From: Candidatus Saccharimonadota bacterium
GTDB lineage: Bacteria; Patescibacteriota; Saccharimonadia; CAILAD01; BJGX01
Reading direction: 5' to 3'
Length of the DNA: 64,000 nucleotides
Assembly (NCBI GenBank): GCA_046350735.1
Contig: JAXLZU010000001.1
Coordinates: forward strand, 12,530-76,529
Shown: piece after piece, positions 17,310 to 24,875 of the stretch
Position numbering within the stretch: position 1 is the first letter of the stretch
How the letters are laid out: each line of letters starts with the position of its first letter
Notes under the pieces: model-generated
What the model was told of the DNA's origin: nothing
Seen by the model: the letters and a program-made list of their open reading frames with translations, nothing else
The model's database searches: none
Program-made: the position numbers and the translations under genes

Positions 17310-18257
17310 TTATTTACCATACGAAATACTACGTACGCCTGGCGTGTCCAGGACAATCTGATGCAGGTCTGTAGGGCTAGGTGGTCTTGGAGGTGCTGGA
17401 ACAGACCGACGAGGGTGCGTCGACCCTGGAGGAGGAGGAATTACCCGTTGAGGCGAACCTGGTTGCCTCTGTGTCCACAGCGATGTTGTCTCGCTAGTTC
17501 TTGAGGCAGACTCTGCACTATCATCGGCCTGAGGCAGCTTATTGCCTCTACGGCCAACAACCTTTACCGCATATCTATCAAAAGACTCGATGGTGCCAGG
17601 CGCTACATCGGCAATAGTTCTGGGAATGGGTGGTGGCACCCTAAATGCTCCTGGAATATCTCGAGAATCAATCACTTCAATCTTACTTCTCTGCAAGTCC
17701 GGTGAAATTGGCAAGAATGACACAAAGGCAGTTCTTAGACCAAGCCTGTGTGCTGACTCCAGTACCTTCCTAGTATTCTTACCATCAGGTGAAACGTTGA
17801 AATCATTGGTCATAATAACAAGTACATCACCCGTCTCGGCTTCCTCAATGAAAGCTAAAGCAAGCCCAATTAGATCATCATCGATGTCATTCACTTTATC
17901 ACTATAGAGGGTACCATCGGCCTGAGCTCGCACCTGTACATCCCAACCATCTCGCTCGAGAGCATACCGAAATTTATCTTGCTTATCCACCGAAGATTCT
18001 TCCTCACCATCAGGTGAAGAGTCAGAAACCCTCTTAATAAAGATTGTCTTCTGGAAATCACCATCATCAATACCAAACTTATCACACAAATACTTAGCAA
18101 CGGCGTCGTAACGCAGACCAAAATCTTGAGGGCGCTCCTCGTCGGAAGCCTCCCATAACTCTTTTACCTTAATCATTACGTTTGGGCCGTCCACCAAAAG
18201 CAGTCCTAGTGGACCTGCAGTATCTGTCGATACAACACCAATATTTTGCGTGGTCAT
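17310..18257 (-). CDS. NYN (LabA-like PIN-fold) domain protein with Pro-rich C-terminal tail
   Basis: N-terminal LGLLLVDGPNVMIK and central VLVIMTNDFNV acidic blocks fit the NYN/LabA nuclease-like fold. C-terminus PPPPGSTHPRRSVPAPPRPPSP. Confidence 0.5.
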   Translation of the reverse strand: MTTQNIGVVSTDTAGPLGLLLVDGPNVMIKVKELWEASDEERPQDFGLRYDAVAKYLCDKFGIDDGDFQKTIFIKRVSDSSPDGEEESSVDKQDKFRYALERDGWDVQVRAQADGTLYSDKVNDIDDDLIGLALAFIEEAETGDVLVIMTNDFNVSPDGKNTRKVLESAHRLGLRTAFVSFLPISPDLQRSKIEVIDSRDIPGAFRVPPPIPRTIADVAPGTIESFDRYAVKVVGRRGNKLPQADDSAESASRTSETTSLWTQRQPGSPQRVIPPPPGSTHPRRSVPAPPRPPSPTDLHQIVLDTPGVRSISYGK

Positions 18258-18339
18258 CTCTCTCTATCCTTTTTCTGGGGTACTACAATCACATTATTTA
18301 TATCATATTGATACAAATAATGCAATATTAATGTATTAG

Positions 18340-19380
18340 CTAGCTAAGTTGGGCTTTCAGCTTTTGAACTTGTGGGACTTTTTCTGGATCTACGCCATTG
18401 AGAAGCGCACAATAACCAGCTGTATAGCCGGCAAAAATTACTGCATAGAGTAGCTCTTGCAGAGGGGTTGTGCCTGCCATCTGCATGGTGTTAAATACTA
18501 CACCTTGCTCTTTTATTAGCTCGGTTGTTACTTGAATACGTTTTTTCATGCCCTTGTCTTCAAACTGCGAAACTATCTGTAAGCCCCCAAATTCTTTATG
18601 GGTAGGTAGCCTCCAGCCCTCAAGTTCGTTATGATCGAGCTCAGAATAAGTATTGTACCAGGCCATTTGCTTGGCATCCTCATTAAAGCTAATCTTCCAG
18701 ATATATGCTGCTGAGGCGAGCAGTGGACTAGCATACACAATAACTGGCTTGCCGGCTAGTTTTATGGCCAGTTTTTTTGCTGCATTGTCTTCGTCAATAT
18801 CAGGGCTGAGACGCAATTTGGCGGTATTTAAGAAGTCTGCTGTATCTTCGAGCTCTCGTACTACATCTATCGATACAAGTCCCATATTTTGTATGGCACA
18901 GGTAATAGCACGTAATCCTGCAAAGATTGCCAGACGAGGCTGATCACACTCGGGCAACTCTAAAACAACGCAGTTTTGCTCTCTGGCTTGCTCCAGTAAC
19001 TTGCCACCATTAGTAATTACGAGTATTTGGGCGTTATTCTTTTTAGCTTCTTCATAGGCATGGAGGGTTTCGGCAGTATCACCAGAGTAACTACTAATAA
19101 TAACTAGGCTATGCTCGTTAACATAGCCCGGCATCTGAGCACCACGACAGACCTCTAGTGGTACTGTAAGACGTGTGTAAAGCCAATTCTTAAGCAGGTT
19201 ACCCGGCAAGGCACTACCACCCATGCCACAAAAAACTATGTTATGAATGCCTTCACCATCTTGGTTTGTAAGAGTATCACGCATATCTTCGCCATAGGGA
19301 AGTCGCAAATGATCGGGCATTGCATCTACTGCCGAAAATATACCATTTAGCTTTGCATGGGAGAGATTAGTTAATTTCAT
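18340..19380 (-). CDS. bifunctional phosphoglucose/phosphomannose isomerase (SIS domain, PGI/PMI family)
   Basis: IVFCGMGGSALPGNLL, SYSGDTAETL SIS motifs. ~346 aa typical for the archaeal/bifunctional PGI-PMI family. Confidence 0.6.
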   Translation of the reverse strand: MKLTNLSHAKLNGIFSAVDAMPDHLRLPYGEDMRDTLTNQDGEGIHNIVFCGMGGSALPGNLLKNWLYTRLTVPLEVCRGAQMPGYVNEHSLVIISSYSGDTAETLHAYEEAKKNNAQILVITNGGKLLEQAREQNCVVLELPECDQPRLAIFAGLRAITCAIQNMGLVSIDVVRELEDTADFLNTAKLRLSPDIDEDNAAKKLAIKLAGKPVIVYASPLLASAAYIWKISFNEDAKQMAWYNTYSELDHNELEGWRLPTHKEFGGLQIVSQFEDKGMKKRIQVTTELIKEQGVVFNTMQMAGTTPLQELLYAVIFAGYTAGYCALLNGVDPEKVPQVQKLKAQLS

Positions 19381-19424
19381 CTACTTATTAGTATACTCTA
19401 GAAATTAAAAAAGCGACTGAAAAT

Positions 19425-20240
19425 TCAATCGCTATTCGATGCTTTCGCTACGAGATGACCCGACTCATCATAAAATACACCAGAGTACTGCATGCTTTTT
19501 AGCTCTTCTAGGATAGTTCTTAACTGTCTTAGGCTGAGATGTAGCAAGCCATGATGTCCACGGTATTCATCGTGGTAATTGTGGGACAGAAAGCTATCTG
19601 CCCCCTCAATGCTCATGATCTGTCGAATTAATGCTACTTTTCTCTCAAAGACACCAAGCTTGCCGGCGATTTCCTTAAGTTGCAAATACGTGCAGCTTGA
19701 GAGGGTTACTCCTGGGTATTCTGTACTGTAAAGATCAAAGAATTGATTCTGGCGAATTCGTTCGTAGATATTACACCAACGAAGTGCCTCTCGAGCCTCG
19801 TCGACTGTGGCTGAAAGCTCATTAAAGACGCGTCCGCGCATGGCCTCTTTGCGTATATATTGCTTGAGTGCCGGATGTGTAACCAATAAAGACATATAAT
19901 ACACATCTCTAGCAGAACGCCCAGCATAGAGCTTTAGTTGCTCTGCTTGCCAGTGGTCTTCCATAGGCATCAGTACGCGCTTAAAGAATTCTACCCACGA
20001 AGAAAGTACCGCATCTTCTATAAAACTCTCTTCGCTATATTTCCTTACCAGGCGAATACGTCTCTGCCAGCTTATGGAAAACTGCCTAAACAGTGGAGTG
20101 TTGTTATATACTTCTGCAATCAATAAATAGACCTGACTATTCTCGAGAGCATACAGATCTTCAATACTTCTAGGACTAATACGGGTATGGTCGTCGGCAA
20201 AGACGACTCGCTTAAGGCGTTCTTTCTTTTGGTTCGACAT
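19425..20240 (-). CDS. hypothetical protein (271 aa)
   Basis: ORF with upstream palindromes (gttgac...gtcaac; acaagtaa-aag-ttacttgt at 20296-20314). No family recognised. Confidence 0.35.
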   Translation of the reverse strand: MSNQKKERLKRVVFADDHTRISPRSIEDLYALENSQVYLLIAEVYNNTPLFRQFSISWQRRIRLVRKYSEESFIEDAVLSSWVEFFKRVLMPMEDHWQAEQLKLYAGRSARDVYYMSLLVTHPALKQYIRKEAMRGRVFNELSATVDEAREALRWCNIYERIRQNQFFDLYSTEYPGVTLSSCTYLQLKEIAGKLGVFERKVALIRQIMSIEGADSFLSHNYHDEYRGHHGLLHLSLRQLRTILEELKSMQYSGVFYDESGHLVAKASNSD

Positions 20241-20343
20241 CGTTCACCCCTTTTTGAAAGGTTGACGGTGTATGCACCATAATCTACAAGTAAAAGTTAC
20301 TTGTGTCAACGTAGCCTAACTACTACGGTCTGGGCAAGTACTA

Positions 20344-20372
20344 AAAAAGAGCCTTGTTTGGCTCTTTTTTAG
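20344..20372. terminator. bidirectional intrinsic terminator between convergent genes
   Basis: aaaaaagagc-cttgtttg-gctctttttt. Confidence 0.6.
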
Positions 20373-20389
20373 TGTATACAGAATAGTTA

Positions 20390-20824
20390 TTAAACCGGGT
20401 TTACCTTAATCTTCTTAACTTTGTCTTCTGGTACTACCTTTGGAATCTCGATAGTTAACACACCATCTTTAAGGCTAGCATTCGCTTTCTCAGAAACCGT
20501 ACTGGTAGGCAAAATAACTGAGCGGCTAAAACTTCCCCAGAAACATTCTTGTACATAGTAGTTGTCTTTCTCGATAGTTTTTTCTTCTTTGCGATCACCG
20601 CGAATAGTTACTACGTCTTCAGATATTGCTACATCAATGTCCTCAGGCTTTACACCAGCAATAGGTGCTTTAATAACTATCGTATCTTTGGTCTGATACA
20701 CATCTACAGCTAGCTGGCCTTCAAATTCTTCTTCACCAGCCCATTCTTCTACTGCACCTTGGCCTTCATCTAAAAACTCATCTTCTAAAATTTCTTGCTC
20801 AACCTGATTTTTACGTCTTGCCAT
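20390..20824 (-). CDS. Hsp20/alpha-crystallin family small heat-shock protein
   Basis: VYQTKDTIVIKAPIAGVKPEDIDVAI...GVLTIEIPK alpha-crystallin domain. Own TTGCAA-N18-TATAAT promoter and aaggag RBS. Confidence 0.8.
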   Translation of the reverse strand: MARRKNQVEQEILEDEFLDEGQGAVEEWAGEEEFEGQLAVDVYQTKDTIVIKAPIAGVKPEDIDVAISEDVVTIRGDRKEEKTIEKDNYYVQECFWGSFSRSVILPTSTVSEKANASLKDGVLTIEIPKVVPEDKVKKIKVNPV

Positions 20825-20898
20825 AAAAAATTACTCCTTATGTTTGCTCTTTTTTCTGTTACTTCTTATTATAATCAGATAACGTATAGGTTTGCAAG

Positions 20899-21564
20899 AT
20901 GAGTTTAGTAGAAAGTCTAATTCAGGTTATCGCTCCAAGTAGTTGCAAAATCTGTAATAGTGAGGGGAGCTTACTATGTACAGACTGTGTAGCAACCCAT
21001 ATTACCGCCAGAAAACCAGCCTGCTTCTGGTGTAATACACTAACTCCAAAAGGACAAACCTGTACACGATGTAAGAACAAGACATATCTAAGTGGAGCAA
21101 TTATTCCATTTCGTTACGAGACTGCTATTCGCGAGTTAATATATGCGCTTAAATATGATGGTAATAGAGAAGCTGCACGACTCTTTGCAGGTTTGCTTAG
21201 CAGTAGTATTGATACAAATAACTTTGATGTAATTAGCTTTGTACCTACCACTGGGGTATCTCAGCGCAAGAGAGGCTACAATCAGGCCCAGCTAATTGCT
21301 ACCCAAGTGGGTCGGCTAACTGGCCTACCGCTTGTTAATACCCTACTGAGAAATACACATATCGACCAAATTGGTTTAAACCGCACGCAGCGTCTAGAAG
21401 CAGTAAAGAACAATTTTACTCACACATCGCATAATATAGATAGCAAAAGAATACTATTGGTAGACGATGTTATTACCACCGGAGCAACCATAGATGAGTG
21501 TGCCTCTACTCTAAAAAAATCAGGTGCAAAACAAGTTTGGGCATTAGCCATCGCTAAGAAGTAG
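20899..21564 (+). CDS. comF: ComF-family protein (double zinc ribbon + phosphoribosyltransferase domain)
   Basis: CxxC...CxxC...CxxC N-terminal cysteines and PRTase motif LLVDDVITTGATIDE. Confidence 0.7.
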   Translation: MSLVESLIQVIAPSSCKICNSEGSLLCTDCVATHITARKPACFWCNTLTPKGQTCTRCKNKTYLSGAIIPFRYETAIRELIYALKYDGNREAARLFAGLLSSSIDTNNFDVISFVPTTGVSQRKRGYNQAQLIATQVGRLTGLPLVNTLLRNTHIDQIGLNRTQRLEAVKNNFTHTSHNIDSKRILLVDDVITTGATIDECASTLKKSGAKQVWALAIAKK

Positions 21565-21589
21565 TTAATTATCATATACAATACAATCT

Positions 21590-22423
21590 ATGGATTCACC
21601 GCCAAAAATAACTCCATTTCTCGATAAGCTTTATACATTCTATAGTCAGAATGGTCGCCACGATATGCCGTGGCGCAAAGATACTCGGGCCTACTATATT
21701 CTTCTCAGTGAAGTAATGTTGCAGCAGACCCAAGTAGAAAGAGTAAAGACAAAGTTTGTCGAGTTTGTAAAAGAGCTTCCTGACTGGAACAGCCTCGCAG
21801 AAGCAAAACAAAGCAGAGTAGTATCGCTTTGGCAGGGACTCGGTTATAATCGACGCGCTCTCTACTTATGCAGGTGCGCGGAGACTGTAGTAAATAACTA
21901 TAATGGCAATTTACCAAAAAATTCTACAGAACTCCAACGACTACCCGGTATAGGGCCAAATACTGCAGGGGCAATAATGGCATTTGCCTACGACCAGCCA
22001 GTGGTGTTTATCGAAACCAACATTCGTCGAGTATTATTACACGAGTTCTTTGTAGACAAAGAAAGTGTAGACGATAGTGAGTTACTACTTATTCTAGAAA
22101 AAATTATCGCGCAATTGCCAGGTTCGCAGTTTAGCTCGAGAACATTTTACTGGGCCATGATGGATTATGGCACCTATCTAAAGCAACAGGTCCCCAACCC
22201 AAATAGACGCAGTAAGCACTACACCAAACAGAGTCAGTTTGTTGGCTCAACAAGGCAACTGCGTGGCCTAATTCTAAAAGAATTATTGCGCTCCCCGCAG
22301 CAAAAATCTGTTTTGCAAACCGCTGTTAATGAAGTAGATAGTGAGCGATTTAACATAGTGATAAATTCTTTGCTGAAAGACGGTTTTGTTATTCAGCAGG
22401 GTGAGAGAATACAACTCAAATGA
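21590..22423 (+). CDS. HhH-GPD DNA glycosylase, MutY-like, apparently lacking the 4Fe-4S cysteine cluster and the NUDIX-like C-terminal domain
   Basis: PWRKDTRAYYILLSEVMLQQTQVERV, LPGIGPNTAGAIMAFAY HhH-GPD motifs. No Cx6Cx2Cx5C cluster in the C-terminal third. Confidence 0.6.
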   Translation: MDSPPKITPFLDKLYTFYSQNGRHDMPWRKDTRAYYILLSEVMLQQTQVERVKTKFVEFVKELPDWNSLAEAKQSRVVSLWQGLGYNRRALYLCRCAETVVNNYNGNLPKNSTELQRLPGIGPNTAGAIMAFAYDQPVVFIETNIRRVLLHEFFVDKESVDDSELLLILEKIIAQLPGSQFSSRTFYWAMMDYGTYLKQQVPNPNRRSKHYTKQSQFVGSTRQLRGLILKELLRSPQQKSVLQTAVNEVDSERFNIVINSLLKDGFVIQQGERIQLK

Positions 22424-22938
22424 TTATGATTCTTGCCCTTATACTGGTCAGTATGCTGTTTGTAGCGATTTGTGTTATTGCCTGGGATAAAATTGTTGTT
22501 GGCAAAGTGCCATTTATTTCTCTACCAAACGAAATTATCGAGCAGGTGCTTGCTAATGTCTTTATTCAGCCCAACAAAACGGTATACGACCTTGGCTGTG
22601 GCGATGGTAGAGTGTTGCTTGCTGCCGCCAAAAAGCAGCCTAAGGCCACTTACATTGGTATAGAACGGGCATTTTGGCCCTACTTGCTTGCCAAATACAA
22701 AACCCGCACGGTAGAGCAGATTTCTATTTATCGCGGCGATATTACCAAGCTAACCTTACAGCAGTCGGCTTTGGTGGTGTGCTATTTACTGCCAGAGCTA
22801 TTGGCAAAGATTCAATTTAACGGCCAAGATGTAGTAAGCATCGAGTACCAAATACCGGGCCGCAAACCAAATAAAACAATTGTATTAAAAAAACATTCCC
22901 GACTTGTCTCGAAAATGTTTTTTTATAACGCTAATTAA
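22420..22938 (+). CDS. small class I SAM-dependent methyltransferase
   Basis: Motif I VYDLGCGDGRVLLAAAKK. N-terminal TM segment. ATGA overlap with upstream gene. Confidence 0.5.
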   Translation: MIMILALILVSMLFVAICVIAWDKIVVGKVPFISLPNEIIEQVLANVFIQPNKTVYDLGCGDGRVLLAAAKKQPKATYIGIERAFWPYLLAKYKTRTVEQISIYRGDITKLTLQQSALVVCYLLPELLAKIQFNGQDVVSIEYQIPGRKPNKTIVLKKHSRLVSKMFFYNAN

Positions 22939-23318
22939 ACCTTAAAGATACCAAGTACAAAGTTAACAATAACAAAAGAGAGTATCGCTACAATCAAACC
23001 AATCACCGAGTAGAGAATAGTATCTTTGGCGGCTCGTACGGCATTTTCGTCACCATTAGACAAAGTATAGCGAAAACCACCAATAATTATCATAATTACC
23101 GATACAATGCCAATTGCTACCAAGAGGAAGTTAACAATAATCGACACGTAGCCACCAGAGCCCGTAACACTACCCTTGGCCAATCCATTTGCGCTACCTG
23201 CAGCATTTACGCCTGCCTGCAAGCCACCAGATACATCGTCAGCAAATGCAGTTGGGACTGCCAAGAAGGTAGCACCAAGTACAGTAGCAGTAGTAATTGT
23301 TTTGAGTGTGTTTTTCAT
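22935..23318 (-). CDS. VirB2/TrbC-like putative T4SS pilin, paralog 1
   Basis: Start trimmed to MKNTLKTITTATVLGATFLAVPTAFA (signal peptide; minus ATG 23318). Two hydrophobic helices flank loop GGFRYTLSNGDENAVRAAKDT. Core shared with three neighbours. Confidence 0.5.
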   Translation of the reverse strand: MKNTLKTITTATVLGATFLAVPTAFADDVSGGLQAGVNAAGSANGLAKGSVTGSGGYVSIIVNFLLVAIGIVSVIMIIIGGFRYTLSNGDENAVRAAKDTILYSVIGLIVAILSFVIVNFVLGIFKV

Positions 23319-23337
23319 TTTAGAAAAGAATTCTATA

Positions 23338-23706
23338 TTAAACACCAAATCTGGCAAGAACAAAGTTGACGATAGCAAAGCTAAGCAACGCAACCACAAT
23401 ACCAATTACGGCATAAAGAATAGTATCTTTAGCGCCAGAAACGGATTTTTCGTTACCGTTAGAAAGTACATAACGAAAACCACCAACAATAAGCATAATT
23501 ACAGCAACAATACCAATAACAATAAGCATTACGTTAATGATGTTCTTAACATTTTCTTGCAGGCTACCGCTAGCAGCGTTAGAAGGTTGTACTGCATCTA
23601 CTGCACCGCTAATGCTTTCGTCAGCACGAGCAGCTACCGGCAATAGAGCTACTGCAGTACCACCACTTACAATTGCGAGTTTCTTTAGTTTGTCTTGGCT
23701 TAACAT
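23338..23706 (-). CDS. VirB2/TrbC-like putative T4SS pilin, paralog 2
   Basis: Signal peptide MLSQDKLKKLAIVSGGTAVALLPVAARA, then IINVMLIVIGIVAVIMLIVGGFRYVLSNGNEKSVSGAKDTILYAVIGIVVALLSFAIVNFVL. Confidence 0.5.
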   Translation of the reverse strand: MLSQDKLKKLAIVSGGTAVALLPVAARADESISGAVDAVQPSNAASGSLQENVKNIINVMLIVIGIVAVIMLIVGGFRYVLSNGNEKSVSGAKDTILYAVIGIVVALLSFAIVNFVLARFGV

Positions 23707-23828
23707 TTTTTTGTCTTTCTCCTTTGGTTGAATAACGTTATTTTATTACCTTGTATTATGGCTTATATTCTACCAGAAAACAAGCAAAAAGAAAAAAGAC
23801 TAAGCTTACTTAATATAATTAGTATCTT

Positions 23829-24119
23829 TTACTTAAATACCGAGATAACAAAGTTAACTATTACAAAGGCAAGAATAGTAACTATTAAGCCAATTACTGC
23901 ATTAGTAATGGTACTCTTGGCAGTCCGGGTCTTATCTTCGCTACCACCCGAGGTAGAATATTGAATCCCTCCAACAATAATGAAGATTACAGCCACTGCA
24001 CCGGCAACGAAGAGTAGAATATTAGTTACTCTACTTATTAACACAGTAAAATCTGACGGCCCAGGCACGCCATTTGGTACATTAAAAGTGTCTGATAATA
24101 GGAATTTTATATAGTTCAT
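23829..24119 (-). CDS. VirB2/TrbC-like putative T4SS pilin, paralog 3
   Basis: ILLFVAGAVAVIFIIVGGIQYSTSGGSEDKTRTAKSTITNAVIGLIVTILAFVIVNFVI has the same two-helix core. Confidence 0.5.
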   Translation of the reverse strand: MNYIKFLLSDTFNVPNGVPGPSDFTVLISRVTNILLFVAGAVAVIFIIVGGIQYSTSGGSEDKTRTAKSTITNAVIGLIVTILAFVIVNFVISVFK

Positions 24120-24161
24120 ATTGTCTAAAGTATAGTTTTTTTACCACCTAAAAAGCAACCC

Positions 24162-24797
24162 TTACTTAACAAATGCATTTAAGACACTAATGACTATACC
24201 TACCGACAACGACATTATTAACCCAATAATTGCATAGGTTATTGTAGTTTTAGCTTTAGTTACCTTGTTAGAATCACCAGCTGAAGTTGTATACTGTATT
24301 CCACCAATAATAATAAAAATGACTGCTAGGGCACCGACTGCAAAGAGCAGAACACTTATAACATTATTACTTAAATCAGTAACTCCCTTGAGTTTAGTTG
24401 TATCAACATTTGCAAATATTCTAGTATTTAATAAATTGAAAATTGCGTTAAAAGAGATTAGAAATCCTAGGCTAACTGCTGCTTGCACCAGTCTGTCCTT
24501 GGCCGATTTTATTCTATCTGGACTACCACCTGACGTTACGTATTGTATAGCTGATACAAGTATTACTATTGTTAATACAATACCAACTATGCCAATTAAA
24601 TAGAGAACGATATTACCTATTACAACGCTTAATGCATTGTCACCCGAAATACTACCTTGGTTTGCGCAAAAAATCTGCTTTCCTGCATCACTTAATTTCG
24701 AGCAATCGAGGTCTGCAGCAAAAGCCGGTACATTAATAAACACAATAGCTAAAACCGCAGTAAGTATTGATAATAAAAGCATTTTTGTTCGGCCCAT
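24162..24797 (-). CDS. tandem-duplicated (two-module) VirB2-like pilin paralog 4
   Basis: Two successive copies of the core: ...IVLYLIGIVGIVLTIVILVSAIQYVTSGGSPDRIKSAKDRLVQAAVSLGFLISF... and ...LLFAVGALAVIFIIIGGIQYTTSAGDSNKVTKAKTTITYAIIGLIMSLSVGIVISVL... N-terminal signal/TM. Confidence 0.5.
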   Translation of the reverse strand: MGRTKMLLLSILTAVLAIVFINVPAFAADLDCSKLSDAGKQIFCANQGSISGDNALSVVIGNIVLYLIGIVGIVLTIVILVSAIQYVTSGGSPDRIKSAKDRLVQAAVSLGFLISFNAIFNLLNTRIFANVDTTKLKGVTDLSNNVISVLLFAVGALAVIFIIIGGIQYTTSAGDSNKVTKAKTTITYAIIGLIMSLSVGIVISVLNAFVK

Positions 24798-24875
24798 TTG
24801 TTTATTATTTTAGCGTGAATTTCGTTTTTTTGCTATTACGAGCACAGATATCTATAATATTAAGCACAAGCGCTT

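Noticed and set aside
22935-24797. Possibility that the small two-helix proteins are holins or a phage lysis cassette
   Set aside because: They have cleavable signal peptides and sit in a tandem paralog array directly beside VirB6/VirB4 genes. No endolysin, terminase or phage structural genes are nearby. The pilin interpretation fits better, but it is not proven.
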